The notes: generated by a model not told the origin, from the letters alone. A stretch of DNA of 64,000 nt from Tepidisphaerales bacterium (GCA_044450885.1 JBIOJL010000001.1:446-64445), one strand, 5' to 3'. Counted from the stretch's first letter, positions 47,144-57,600 are shown. Translations and numbers: made by a program.

Positions 47144-48556
47144 TCACATGATCTCCTTCAGCCTCCCGCCCATCGGCATCCCTTCATCCGGGCCGGCGGT
47201 CACACGAACGGGGGGGCCACCGGGGTTGGGCAAGTTGCCGTCGGGGTCGATCCCGAGCATCTCGTACATGCTGGCGATCAGATCCACTGGATAGACCGGG
47301 CGGTTCTTCACCGTTTCACCCCTGGCGTCGGATTCGCCGACCACGATGCCTCCCTTGAAGCCGCCGCCGGCGAGCGCCGCGCAGAAGCATCGGCCGTAAT
47401 GCCCGCGTCCGCCGTCCCACGGCGGCTGCCAGTCGATCTTCGGCGTCCGGCCGAATTCGCCGCTCCACCAGACAATCGTCGTGTCGAGCAGGCCGCGATC
47501 CGAGAGATCCTGCAGGAGCGCCGCCATGCCTCTGTCCATCTGCGGCAGTTTCTGTCGCATCTGCTGGAAATGCTGCGAGTGGGTGTCCCATCCGCCGTAA
47601 TTGATGGTGATGTAGGGGAACCCGCGCTCGACCAGCCGGCGGGCGACCAGGCACGACTGCCCGAACGTATTCCGGCCGTAGGCCAGCCGCACCTCGTCCG
47701 ATTCCTCCTCGAGGTCGAACACCTTGCCCTCATCGCCCAGGATCAGGTCGTACGCCTGTTTCCCCGCCTGCTCCGAAGCAACAAGCTCCGGATCATTCTT
47801 CACGGCCCGATCGAGCGTACCGAGATTGTGGAGCAGGTCGCGCCGTCCTTCCTGCCGCTGGCGAGTGATGCCTTCGGCGATGATCCCTTCCACGGCGAAC
47901 TGGGCCGCCCCCGGATTGCCGCCCGTCGCAAACGGCTTGTACTTCGGGCCCAGGAAGCCAGCTTCGGAAAACCGCCCCTGCGGCTGCGTCAGCACGATGT
48001 AGGGCGGGATCAGCCCTTTGTAGCCGGCGTCGTAGCCCTTGAACAGCGACACCACTGCGCCCACGGATGGATACAGCAACTTCTCACCAGGTTTGCGGCC
48101 GGTCTGCACCATGTACGCCGCCGTCTCGTGGCCGTCGTTGCCGTGGGTCATGCTGCGGATGATGGAATACTTGTCGGCCTGCTGCGCCAGGAGGGGCAGC
48201 AACTCGCAGATGCGGATGCCCTCCACATTCGTGGCGATCGGCTTGTCCAGCGGGCCGCAGTAGTCATGGCCCGCCTCCGGCTTGGGGTCGAACGTATCCA
48301 GGTGCGATGGCCCGCCCCACATCCAAATCTGGATCACCGACTTGGCCTTCCCCTTGCCGCCGGCCGTTCGTGCCGCCGGCCGGGTTGTCGGCAGGCCAAG
48401 CACGTTGGGCGCCAGAAACGTCGGCCGCGTCGTCGGCTGCACCTGTCCCAGCACGTTGCCGGCCAGCATCGCCCCCGCCGCGCCACACAGTCCGCGTTGC
48501 AGGGCAAGACGCCTCGAAATCCGCCCGTCACCCGAGTCTATCGCGTCATGTTTCAT
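47144..48556 (-). CDS. DUF1501 (sulfatase-fold) protein with twin-arginine signal
   Basis: ISRRLALQRGLCGAAGAML (TAT-like), IQIWMWGGPSHLDTFDPKP, WDTHSQHF, WSGEFGRTP. ATG at 48556. Confidence 0.9.
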   Translation of the reverse strand: MKHDAIDSGDGRISRRLALQRGLCGAAGAMLAGNVLGQVQPTTRPTFLAPNVLGLPTTRPAARTAGGKGKAKSVIQIWMWGGPSHLDTFDPKPEAGHDYCGPLDKPIATNVEGIRICELLPLLAQQADKYSIIRSMTHGNDGHETAAYMVQTGRKPGEKLLYPSVGAVVSLFKGYDAGYKGLIPPYIVLTQPQGRFSEAGFLGPKYKPFATGGNPGAAQFAVEGIIAEGITRQRQEGRRDLLHNLGTLDRAVKNDPELVASEQAGKQAYDLILGDEGKVFDLEEESDEVRLAYGRNTFGQSCLVARRLVERGFPYITINYGGWDTHSQHFQQMRQKLPQMDRGMAALLQDLSDRGLLDTTIVWWSGEFGRTPKIDWQPPWDGGRGHYGRCFCAALAGGGFKGGIVVGESDARGETVKNRPVYPVDLIASMYEMLGIDPDGNLPNPGGPPVRVTAGPDEGMPMGGRLKEIM

Positions 48557-48566
48557 AGCGCACCTC

Positions 48567-48627
48567 GTAGGGTGGGCACTGCCCACCATCCGTGTTCGCA
48601 ATCCATGGTGGGCAGTGCCCACCCTAC
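48567..48627. repeat. Perfect 23-bp-arm inverted repeat (GTAGGGTGGGCACTGCCCACCAT / ATGGTGGGCAGTGCCCACCCTAC)
   Basis: Arms at 48567-48589 and 48605-48627 with a 15-nt loop. Each arm is itself palindromic (GGTGGGCA/TGCCCACC). It fills nearly the whole DUF1553-DUF1501 spacer. Confidence 0.9.
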
Positions 48628-48629
48628 AT

Positions 48630-50201
48630 TCAATGCCTGTACAGAAACTCCGAACTGTTGAACAACGTCCACGCGAGATCGACCAGCACTTCCCGCCCCT
48701 TCGCGACGCCCGTTCCCGCGTATGCCTCGAGCGTCTTGAGTTCCTCTTCCGTCGGCTGGCGCGAGAGGATCGTCAGGTAGATCTCGGCCGCGGTCTGCCG
48801 CAAGTTGCTGCCGGACTGTATCACCGTCTGCAATTTCCGGCCTTGCTCGATCTTGCGCTGGATGTGACTGGAATTCAGGAAATGCAGCCGCTGCGCGGGC
48901 GTGGGACGATTGTTGCGCTCCGACTCGAGACCGTTGTCGCGCGGCGGCCGGCCGAACATCTCCAGGAACGAGCTGGTGATGCTCCCATCCGCCAGGGCGA
49001 TCGTCCGCTGGTTCTCCGGGATGAACGTGAACGGCTCGGGAATCGGGCTCGAATACTTCTCCGTCGTCCCGGTGATCTGGCACATCGCGTCGATGAGCAC
49101 CTCCGCCTCCAGCCGCCGCAGCGGGTAGTACGCGAAGTTCGCCTTGGCCTCGGCCTTGTCGCTCCGGGGAACCGAGGCGAGCTGGTACGTCCTGGAGTTC
49201 AGGATCAGCCGGTAGACGTGTTTCAGATCGTACTTGCCCGCGACCAGTTCCTGTGCCAGATAGGCCAGCAATTCGGGATTGCTGGCCGGATTGTCCGGGC
49301 GGATGTCGTCCGGCTCATGGATGATCCCCCGCCCCAGCAGCCAGGACCATTGCCGGTTGACGATGTTGCGCGCAAACCACGGGTTCTTCGGGTCGATCAG
49401 CCAGTCGGCGAAGACCTCGCGCGGATCCACGTCGGCCGGTATCTTCACCGCCGTCCCATCGGGGAACACCGCCGCCAGGTCGCCTTGGGCCGACTTCTCC
49501 AGATCAAACAGGATGATCTCTTCCTTCCACTCCGCCGTGTGTTTGCGGCCGATCCGCGAGAAGAACGCGGCCATGCCCGACAACTGTTCCTTCGGCCACT
49601 TGTCCGCCCGCGTCCCCATAAACGTCAGCGCCACCGCCTGCGCCACTCCCTGCGGATCCTTGTTCTGCACGGCCCGGTAGAAGTTGACCTCGGGCACGCG
49701 GAAGCTGCTGCCGCTGGCCGTGAGCATTTCCCGGACAAACCGGTCATACGGCTTGTTCTGCTTGAGGCTCGTCCGGATCCAGTGGTGATAGCCCTGCACC
49801 GCGTTGGGCCACAAATTGATGGGAAACTCCGCCTTGACCCGCAGCAGATCGCTCCACTTCATCGCCCAGTAATCCGCGTATTCGTCCGCCTCCAGCAGGC
49901 GATCGATCAACACGCGCCGTTTGTCGGGATTGGGATCGAGCAGGAACTCCTTCGCTTCGCGTGCCGTGGGCAGCGTGCCGGCCACATCCAGGTAGACGCG
50001 CCGGACAAACACCGCGTCCGAGCAGACATTGGCCGGCCGGATGCCCAGTTGCTCCAGCCTGGCCAGCACCAGTTTGTCGATGGGATTCCCGGCGGTCAGC
50101 ACGGCGTCGCTTTCAAACGGGCCCAGCGCCTCGTTGGGCGCGGCCGCCGCGCTGAATGCCCCCAACAACAAAGCCGCCCAGATCACGGGTGTTCTGGTCA
50201 T
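48630..50201 (-). CDS. DUF1549/DUF1553 protein (planctomycetal PSD-type), short form without cytochrome-like domain
   Basis: Signal peptide MTRTPVIWAALLLGAFSAAAAP. FVRRVYLDVAGTLPTAREAKEFL (DUF1549 motif). The C-terminal part has the DUF1553-like LNSSEFLYRH ending. ATG at 50201. Confidence 0.85.
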   Translation of the reverse strand: MTRTPVIWAALLLGAFSAAAAPNEALGPFESDAVLTAGNPIDKLVLARLEQLGIRPANVCSDAVFVRRVYLDVAGTLPTAREAKEFLLDPNPDKRRVLIDRLLEADEYADYWAMKWSDLLRVKAEFPINLWPNAVQGYHHWIRTSLKQNKPYDRFVREMLTASGSSFRVPEVNFYRAVQNKDPQGVAQAVALTFMGTRADKWPKEQLSGMAAFFSRIGRKHTAEWKEEIILFDLEKSAQGDLAAVFPDGTAVKIPADVDPREVFADWLIDPKNPWFARNIVNRQWSWLLGRGIIHEPDDIRPDNPASNPELLAYLAQELVAGKYDLKHVYRLILNSRTYQLASVPRSDKAEAKANFAYYPLRRLEAEVLIDAMCQITGTTEKYSSPIPEPFTFIPENQRTIALADGSITSSFLEMFGRPPRDNGLESERNNRPTPAQRLHFLNSSHIQRKIEQGRKLQTVIQSGSNLRQTAAEIYLTILSRQPTEEELKTLEAYAGTGVAKGREVLVDLAWTLFNSSEFLYRH

Positions 50202-50272
50202 TGGTTTCTCTCGGTCGTCAACACCGCACTCCATAGGCTTAAACACGCCGCGGGCTGGAACGTTGCCGCAGA

Positions 50273-50352
50273 CTGATCACCGATCGCCGATCACTGATCA
50301 CGCGATCACCGATCACCGATCACGACTGGCGAACTGGCGACCGGCGACTGGC
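50273..50352. repeat. Heptanucleotide arrays (CCGATCA-like x7, then CGACTGG-like x4)
   Basis: ctgatca ccgatcg ccgatca ctgatca cgcgatca ccgatca ccgatca cgactgg cgaactgg cgaccgg cgactgg. Lies in the divergent spacer between the DUF1553 start and the ABC remnant. Confidence 0.8.
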
Positions 50353-50407
50353 AACTATCGCCGCACGCGATAGACTCCGCCTTCACCGTCTGCCACAGGA
50401 GCGACCC

Positions 50408-50672
50408 TTGGCCCCGCTGTTGCATCTGACCTCCATCACCAAGCACTTCGGCGGCGTGCAGGCCCTCAAGGGCGTCTCCTTCGAACTCGAGCCCGGCGAA
50501 GTCCACGCACTCGTCGGCGAAAACGGCGCGGGCAAATCCACGCTCATCAAGGTCATCACCGGGGCCCACCCGCCCGACTCAGGGACGCTGCAGATCCGCG
50601 GCCAGACTCTCACCGACAACGACCCCGGCGTTGCCCGCTCGCGCGGCGTGGCCGCCATCTACCAGCAACCGG
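50408..50672 (+). pseudogene. N-terminal remnant (~88 aa) of a sugar-type ABC transporter ATPase (RbsA/MglA/XylG-like)
   Basis: LLHLTSITKHFGGVQALKGVSFELEPGEVHALVGENGAGKSTLIKVITG...GVAAIYQQPAL matches the first nucleotide-binding domain up to the Q-loop. Similarity then stops. The rest of the 426-aa ORF is low-complexity read-through across the GH2 gene. Confidence 0.7.
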
Positions 50673-50726
50673 CCCTGTGTTTCAAATCTGAACCGTATCG
50701 CGCCGAGTCCCTTTCAGGAGTTTTCT

Positions 50727-52871
50727 ATGCGACCATTGCGAGTCATCTGCTGCCTGGCCGTCGTCCTCACCGTCTCGGCCACTGTGTCCGTCAAGCCGCT
50801 CGAACCGCGCAAGGGCTCCAGCTTCGACGGCGAATGGCAGGTCGAGCAGGGGTCGATGGATCAGCAGCCGGCGCAGTTCGGGCATACCGTGTCCGTGCCG
50901 GGGCTGATCGACATGGCCAAGCCGGCGTTTACCGAGGTCGGCAGGAAGAGCCCGCAGCGACAGGCTTTCTGGTACCGCCGCACGTTCAAGCTCGACTCGG
51001 CCACCGACCGCACGCTGCTGCTCATCCACAAGGCCCGCTACGGAACCAGGGTCTTCGTCAACGACCAGTTGGCCGGCGAGCATCTGCCCTGTTTCACGCC
51101 CGTGACTCTCGATATCAGCAAGCTCCTCAAGCCGGCCGGGCAGGAGAACACGCTGGTCATCCGCGTCGGGGCCGACCGCGAGTCCGTCCCGGCCGGGCAG
51201 CCCAGCGGCTGGGACTTCGAGAAATACCTCTACATTCCCGGCATCTACGACTCGGTCGAGCTGATCCAGACCAGCGACACCTACATCCGCAACGTGCAGA
51301 CCGTGCCGGATATACAGAATGGCAAGGTCCGCGTCGTGGCCGAAATTCAGGGCGGGGCGAAGGCGGCGGACCTGAGCCTCAAGGCGGACGTGGTCGAGGC
51401 CGCTTCGGCCAACCCCGCCGGCAGCGCCAGCCCGGCGGCCGTGCATGTCGACGCCGGCGCCGTGCAGTCGGCCGACGTCGTCGTGCCTATCGAGCAATGC
51501 AAACTCTGGTCGCCGGAGAATCCGTTCCTCTACGAATTGCGCCTCTCCACGGGCACCGACGCCGTCAGCGTTCGCTTCGGCATGCGTACTTTCCGTTTCG
51601 ACCCGCAGACCAAGCGGGCGATGCTCAACGAGAGACCGTATTACCTGCGCGGCACGAACATCTGCGCCTATCGCTTCTTCGAGGATGACCAGCGCGCCGA
51701 CCGGCCTTGGCGCGAGGAATGGGTCCGTCGCGTACACGAGAAGTTCAAGACCATGCACTGGAACTCGATGCGCTACTGCATCGGTTTTCCGCCCGATTTC
51801 TGGTACGACATCGCCGACGAAACCGGCTTTTTGATCCAGGATGAGTTCCCCATCTGGCTGCTCGGCAAGGCCCCGGAGAGCCCCGCCGCCGAGAAGATCA
51901 TCCCCGAGTACACCGAGTGGATGCGCCACCGCTGGAATCACGCCTGCGTCGTCATCTGGGATGCACAGAACGAGAGCTTCACGCCCGAGTCGGGCAAGGC
52001 GCTGTCGGCCGTCCGCAAGCTCGATCTGTCCAATCGTCCCTGGGAGAACGGCTGGGGCGAGCCACAGGCCGACACCGACTGCGTTGAGGCGCATCCGTAT
52101 GTGTTCATCAAGGCCTGGGAGAAACCCAACCCGATCAGCCTGCGCGATCTGGAGAAGCTCGACCCCAAGCCGGGGTTGCAGCAGTCCCAGCGCAAGCGGG
52201 ATGTGGCCATCATCATCAACGAGTACGCCTGGCTCTGGCTCAACCGCGACGGCTCGACCACCAGCCTGACCAAGAACGTCTACGACATCCTGGCCGGGCC
52301 CAACGCCACGCCCGAGCAGCGGCGGGTGATCTACGCACGCACTCTGGCGGCCAAGACCGAGTTCTGGCGCTGCCACCGGAAAGTCGCCGGCGTGCTGCAC
52401 TTCTGCGGCCTGGGCTACTCCCGTCCATCGGACAAGCCGCGCCCCGAAGGCGGGGCGACGTCGGACCACTTCATCGACATGGAGCGCCTCATCTTCGAGC
52501 CCAACTTCGAGAAGTACATGCGCGAGGCGTTCAACCCCGTCGGTCTGATGCTCGACTACTGGGGCGCCGACCTGGCCGCCGGCCAGACGCACACGCTCAA
52601 GGTCTACGTCATCAACGACCTCCAGAAGCCGTACGCCGGCCCGGTGACCCTGCGCCTGATCCAGAACGACAAGGAAATCGCCCGCGCCGCCGCCAACTGC
52701 ACCGTCGATCCGTGGGGGCAGCAGATTGTCTCCATCCCCATCCGCATCCCGCAGGCCGGCGGGACATACACCCTGTCGGCCGAGCTGATCGACGGCAATG
52801 GCGTGGTGATTCACTCGCTGCGGGAAGCGACTGTAACCGCGATCGCCGATCGCGGTTTCCCGCCGCCATGA
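50727..52871 (+). CDS. Glycoside hydrolase family 2-like enzyme, secreted
   Basis: AGGAG at 50715-50719, ATG at 50727, signal peptide MRPLRVICCLAVVLTVSATVS. FWYRRTFKLD...KARYGTRVFVNDQLAGEH (sugar-binding domain), LWSPENPFLYEL, MHWNSMRYC...FWYDIADETGFLIQDEFPIW (TIM barrel). The last ~12 codons are supplied by the hairpin repeat. Confidence 0.8.
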   Translation: MRPLRVICCLAVVLTVSATVSVKPLEPRKGSSFDGEWQVEQGSMDQQPAQFGHTVSVPGLIDMAKPAFTEVGRKSPQRQAFWYRRTFKLDSATDRTLLLIHKARYGTRVFVNDQLAGEHLPCFTPVTLDISKLLKPAGQENTLVIRVGADRESVPAGQPSGWDFEKYLYIPGIYDSVELIQTSDTYIRNVQTVPDIQNGKVRVVAEIQGGAKAADLSLKADVVEAASANPAGSASPAAVHVDAGAVQSADVVVPIEQCKLWSPENPFLYELRLSTGTDAVSVRFGMRTFRFDPQTKRAMLNERPYYLRGTNICAYRFFEDDQRADRPWREEWVRRVHEKFKTMHWNSMRYCIGFPPDFWYDIADETGFLIQDEFPIWLLGKAPESPAAEKIIPEYTEWMRHRWNHACVVIWDAQNESFTPESGKALSAVRKLDLSNRPWENGWGEPQADTDCVEAHPYVFIKAWEKPNPISLRDLEKLDPKPGLQQSQRKRDVAIIINEYAWLWLNRDGSTTSLTKNVYDILAGPNATPEQRRVIYARTLAAKTEFWRCHRKVAGVLHFCGLGYSRPSDKPRPEGGATSDHFIDMERLIFEPNFEKYMREAFNPVGLMLDYWGADLAAGQTHTLKVYVINDLQKPYAGPVTLRLIQNDKEIARAAANCTVDPWGQQIVSIPIRIPQAGGTYTLSAELIDGNGVVIHSLREATVTAIADRGFPPP

Positions 52872-53095
52872 GCCTGTAGCCGCGATCGCCGGTCGCGGTT
52901 CCGCGCCACGATGATGGATAGCCGCGATCGCCGACCGCGGATATCCGCCGCGATGAGCCTGTAGCCGCGATCGTTGATCGCGGTTTGCCCCCGCGATGAC
53001 CGTTGTAGCCGCGATCGTTGATCGCGGTTCCCCGTTGATCGCGGTTCCCGGCCGCGATGACCCATCGCCGCTACAGGCGACGATCGCGGCCACAG
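52831..53095. repeat. Tandem ~43-bp hairpin minisatellite (5-6 units) with core CTGTAGCCGCGATCGCCGATCGCGG
   Basis: Units start at 52831, 52874, 52917, 52959 and 53003, plus half-units to ~53095. Each contains CCGCGATC-gcc-GATCGCGG followed by a (c/g)CCGCGATGA(g/c)C spacer. Confidence 0.85.
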
Positions 53096-53110
53096 CCACC
53101 GACTCGGTTG

Positions 53111-53815
53111 TCAGCCCCAGATCACGATACGGAAGGCCCGGAACGCGTCTGGGTTGAAGCCCATCCCCTCATTGATCTGATGGGCCGTATCCCAGATGTA
53201 CTGGAAGAGAAGCGGAGCGCCCGTGAGCAGCATAAAGTAGCCGAAATAGCAGATCGAGCGCACGCCGGGCGAGTTGAGCTTCTCCTGTATATGCTCCGGC
53301 AGGAACGGGCAGATGATGCGGAAGCCGTCGGTAGGCGGAATGGGCAGCAGGTTGAGCAGCACCGACAGGATCTGCAGCACGGCCAGCGCGCCGACCCAGA
53401 GCTGCGCCGGGGTCCACTGGGCCACGGGCAGACCCGGCTGCACCCAGCCGGCAGCGGGGCTGAGCAGCAGGCAGAGGATGATGTAGAGGATGAAGTTGGA
53501 CAGCGGCCCGGCGGCCGAGACGGCGACCTGCCAGCGCCGGCCGCGGAGCAGGTCATCGCGGACGTAGGTGGCGCCGCCCGGCAGGGGGATGCCGCCCATG
53601 AGGAAGATGATGGCCGGGAAGACGAGGGAACCGAGCGGGTCGATGTACTGGAGCGGGTTGAGGGTGAGTCCGCCGCGCTCGGCGATGGTGTAGTCGCCGC
53701 CGAAATGGGCGGCCAGTCCGTGGGCGAACTCGTGGATGGTGACCGAGAGGATCCATCCGATGAGGACGGCCCAGAGCATGGGATTGTCAAGGTGGGTCCA
53801 AGCAAGCATGAGCAT
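53111..53815 (-). CDS. Site-2 protease family (peptidase M50) membrane metalloprotease
   Basis: ILSVTIHEFAHGLAA (HExxH in a TM helix), LLNLLPIPPTDGFRI (NxxPxxxxDG), several TM helices. ATG at 53815; the upstream extension in the track is repeat DNA. Confidence 0.85.
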   Translation of the reverse strand: MLMLAWTHLDNPMLWAVLIGWILSVTIHEFAHGLAAHFGGDYTIAERGGLTLNPLQYIDPLGSLVFPAIIFLMGGIPLPGGATYVRDDLLRGRRWQVAVSAAGPLSNFILYIILCLLLSPAAGWVQPGLPVAQWTPAQLWVGALAVLQILSVLLNLLPIPPTDGFRIICPFLPEHIQEKLNSPGVRSICYFGYFMLLTGAPLLFQYIWDTAHQINEGMGFNPDAFRAFRIVIWG

Positions 53816-53861
53816 GACGGGGACAGTATGGCGAATCGAGAGAAAAGGGAAAGCGGGCACA

Positions 53862-54030
53862 AGGAAAAAGGAAAAAGGAAAAAGGAAGAAGGAAGAAGGT
53901 CTGGCAAAGCCAATGTCAAGTGACCAGTGATCGGTGATCGGTGACAAGTGACGAGTGACCAGTGACCAGTGACCAGTGACCAATGACAAGTGACCAGTGA
54001 CAAATAACAAATATCAAATAACAAACAACC
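53862..54030. repeat. Heptanucleotide arrays (AGGAA(A/G)A x5, then GTGACCA/GTGATCG/ATAACAA-like x15)
   Basis: Strict 7-nt periodicity through the divergent spacer between the M50 protease gene and trpG. Confidence 0.85.
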
Positions 54031-54085
54031 ACTGCCCCCCGCGCCGTTTTACTTTTCCCCCCTCGGAACATACGCTAGCACCGCC

Positions 54086-54655
<570 letters not shown>

Positions 54656-57600
54656 TGCCCTTCTCCGCATCCACCTTGAACTGGTACCTGTTGGGCGCGC
54701 CCGGGACGATGGAGAACGTCGTCTTGGCCGTCTTGCCGTCGGGCAGTTTGACCGTCAGTTCGTAGTCGCCGTGGAAGCCGCGGAAGGCGATGTGGCCTTC
54801 TTCCAGCGGCGTTGAAGGGATGTTGGTCACCCATTTGCCGCGGATCAATGCCTTGAGACGGTCGAACACGGGCTTGGGTTTGTACTTGTCATCCAGCATG
54901 CCGGCGCCACCGAGCAACGTGTCGGGGCCGAAATTCCAGTAGTTGATCGCCTCGCAGGCCGGGTGGCTGAAGAGGACGGTGTAGAACCACTCGGCGAAGT
55001 CGGCCTGGAGTTCGGGCGTCCAGTTTCCCTTGCGGAGCGGGCCGAGGATCTGGGCCGGCAGGCCCCGGCGGTCCATGCCGGAGTCGTCTTCCAGCCCCGA
55101 GCCCCCGCCGATCGGGAAGACTGCCTCGCTGACGTGGAAGCGCACGCCCTCGGCGGCGAACTTGTCCATGGTGTCGTACATCTGGTGTGCATCGGGCCAG
55201 ACGCCGTAGGGTTTGTGGCCGTGGGAGGAGTAGAAGTCCATGGGCGTGCCGGCGGACTTGAGCGACTGGATGTCGGGCAGGCTGCGGTAGATGTCGTAAT
55301 AGACGTCCCGTCCCATATGGTAGAAGTTGTTGCAGTCGCTGATGCCCAGGCGGATTTGCGGGTACTTGGCGCGGATCTCCCTGATGACGGGCCCGAGGTA
55401 CGCCATGTAGTACCGGTCGTTGGTGATCTGGTACGTGCGGATGCGGTCGTGATAGCGGTCGACCAGTTCCATGATGTGCCTGTGGACCAGGTCCTCGAGC
55501 ACCGACGAACTCTTGTAGTGCAGCCAGGTTGGCGGGATGCCGGTGAGATAGTGGTATTCGATCTCGATGCCGTGTTTGGTACACCAGTCGACGTACTTGT
55601 CGAGTTCGGCGAAGCGGCGGTCGCCCTCGACCGGCTCGACGTACATCCACTTTCCGCTGAAGGGGATCACCGAGTAATTGAAGACCTGGGGGAAAAGCTC
55701 GAGTTCCCGCGGATCGACGGGCCGGGGTTTGTAGTCCATGCCCACGGCGGAACCCTCGACGGGCTCGAAGAACGCCAGCGAGGCGCCGAAGCCGAAGCTC
55801 TGGCGGGTCTGGCGGACCTCGTATTCCACGCCCGACAGCGGCTGGCCCGCGGCGTCGGCCAGTTCTATCTTGACGTCGCCCTTGCGGTACTTCTCGATGT
55901 TGGGCAGGCAGACGTCGTGGACGAAACTGCCAGGGACGAGCGGGTCCTGGTCGAGCCAGGCATCCCTGTCGTACACGCCCTCGGGCACGATCGACTTGGC
56001 TTCGTAGATCGACCACGATTTGTTCTGGTAGGCCAGCTTGAGCCCGCGCCCCTTCCTGGTGTTGTGGACCACGATGTAGTCGGCGTGGTTGTCCTTGGCC
56101 ATCTTCAGCAGCTCGTCGTCGGGCAGGTCGCGGAACTGGCGTCCGGGGTTCTGCTCGAACAGGCCCTTTTCATCGTACATCAGGTTGGGCCGGAGGAGCT
56201 TCATCTTCTTCCACCAGTTGCTGGCGAAACCGGCGTTGAAATAGGCCTGGGTGCCGTCGCGCCATTCGCCGACGATGGCCCGGTCGGAATGGATGCGGAA
56301 GCCGCTCTCCCGGGGCGGCGTGAGGAACAGCGCGTCGGGAAGGGTGTGCGTGCGGGCCCACTCCTGGGCCTCGACCCAGCGGGCCCTGGCCTGGGCGTCG
56401 GGGTCGTCACGTTTGAGCGCCTCGTCGAGCATCGGCTTGCGCTCGTATGCCCCGATCAGGATGACGATCGCCAGTCCCTCGGCCAGAAAGACCAGGTTCG
56501 CCCACGGGCGCAGCCTGATCTGCGACACCAGCCAGATGCCGACACCGGCGGCCAGGGCGATCAGCGCGGTGACATTCGTCGGCCAGCCCTTGCGGAAATC
56601 GACGGCGCTTTCGCCCGGGATGAAGGGCACGGCGAAGTCGATGCGTTGCCAGGCGATCAGCGTGAGCAGGAGAAGCCCGCCGGTGGTCAACGCCTGGAGC
56701 CAGTTCAGCCGGCCGGTGATCCACGCCATGACGACGCTGAGGGCGAGTATCCACGGCAGCAGCGCCAGCAGGGGGGGCAGGGCGATGGCGGCGAAGACGC
56801 CGACGGCCAGGATCAGGTCGAGGATGCGGCCGCAACGCTGGAGGAGTTCGGTGAATTCGTGTTCGGACAATCGATCCGTCTTGCGAGGATCGCCGGCCGG
56901 ATCGAGGCGCGACCACGGCCGGCGCAGCATGCATGCCAGCCCGTAGGCGGTGTGGGCGAACATGAGGATCATCAGCAGGCGCGAGCTGCGGAAGAGTTGG
57001 GCGCGGAGGACGGTGGGCTTGATGCGGTTGGCAAGGGCTCCGGCGAACGCGTCGCTGGCGCAGACCGCTCCGATGGCAAAGAGCGCCAGCACGGCGATGC
57101 CCATGATGAGGCTCTTTCGCTGCCGGTCGCGGGGGGCGGCGAAACTCAGCGAGAGAATCGCCATGCCCAGGAGCAGTCCGAAGCGGGGGATGTCGGAGGC
57201 GCCGGTCTGCCACCAGACCGACGGGAAGGAATGGTCGGCCGAGCGGATACGCGTCAGCCAGATCCATTCGGCGTCGAAAACCTGTTTCTGGCGGACCATC
57301 TCCTGGGCCGTCGGGAACGCGACCGCGCCGAAGACCAGCAGGTAGACGGCGAACCGCAGGATGCCCACCCGGCGCAGGTCGCAGAGCAGACAGAGCGTGA
57401 ACATGACGACGAGATAGGCGGCGGTCAGGGCGTGGAGGTTGAAGAGAATCCCCGCCAGAACGAACGCGGACAGTTTCTTCTCCCGGTAGAACAGCTCCAT
57501 GGCGATGATGGCGATGGGGAAGACGAACCAGGTGTGGGTGAAGCCCATGGAGTAGATCGAGTCGCCGCCCAGGGCCTGGTGCGAGCCGGTGATCATGAGC

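Noticed and set aside
50673-51688. Continuation of the ABC ATPase ORF to 426 aa
   Set aside because: ABC similarity ends near residue 88. The remainder overlaps the GH2 gene, which has its own RBS, signal peptide and family motifs.
52831-53095. The hairpin repeat cluster as a possible CRISPR array
   Set aside because: The units are ~43 bp in total. The 'spacers' are only ~12-18 nt and are themselves conserved (CCGCGATGAGC-like). No cas genes or leader are present. It is a tandem minisatellite of a REP-like hairpin.
53816-54010. N-terminal extension of the M50 protease ORF (and the parallel 53122-54024 ORF)
   Set aside because: The extension is a translated heptamer array (SLVTGHWSLVT...) and purine-rich repeats. 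The protease family begins near the ATG at 53815, before the HEFAH helix.
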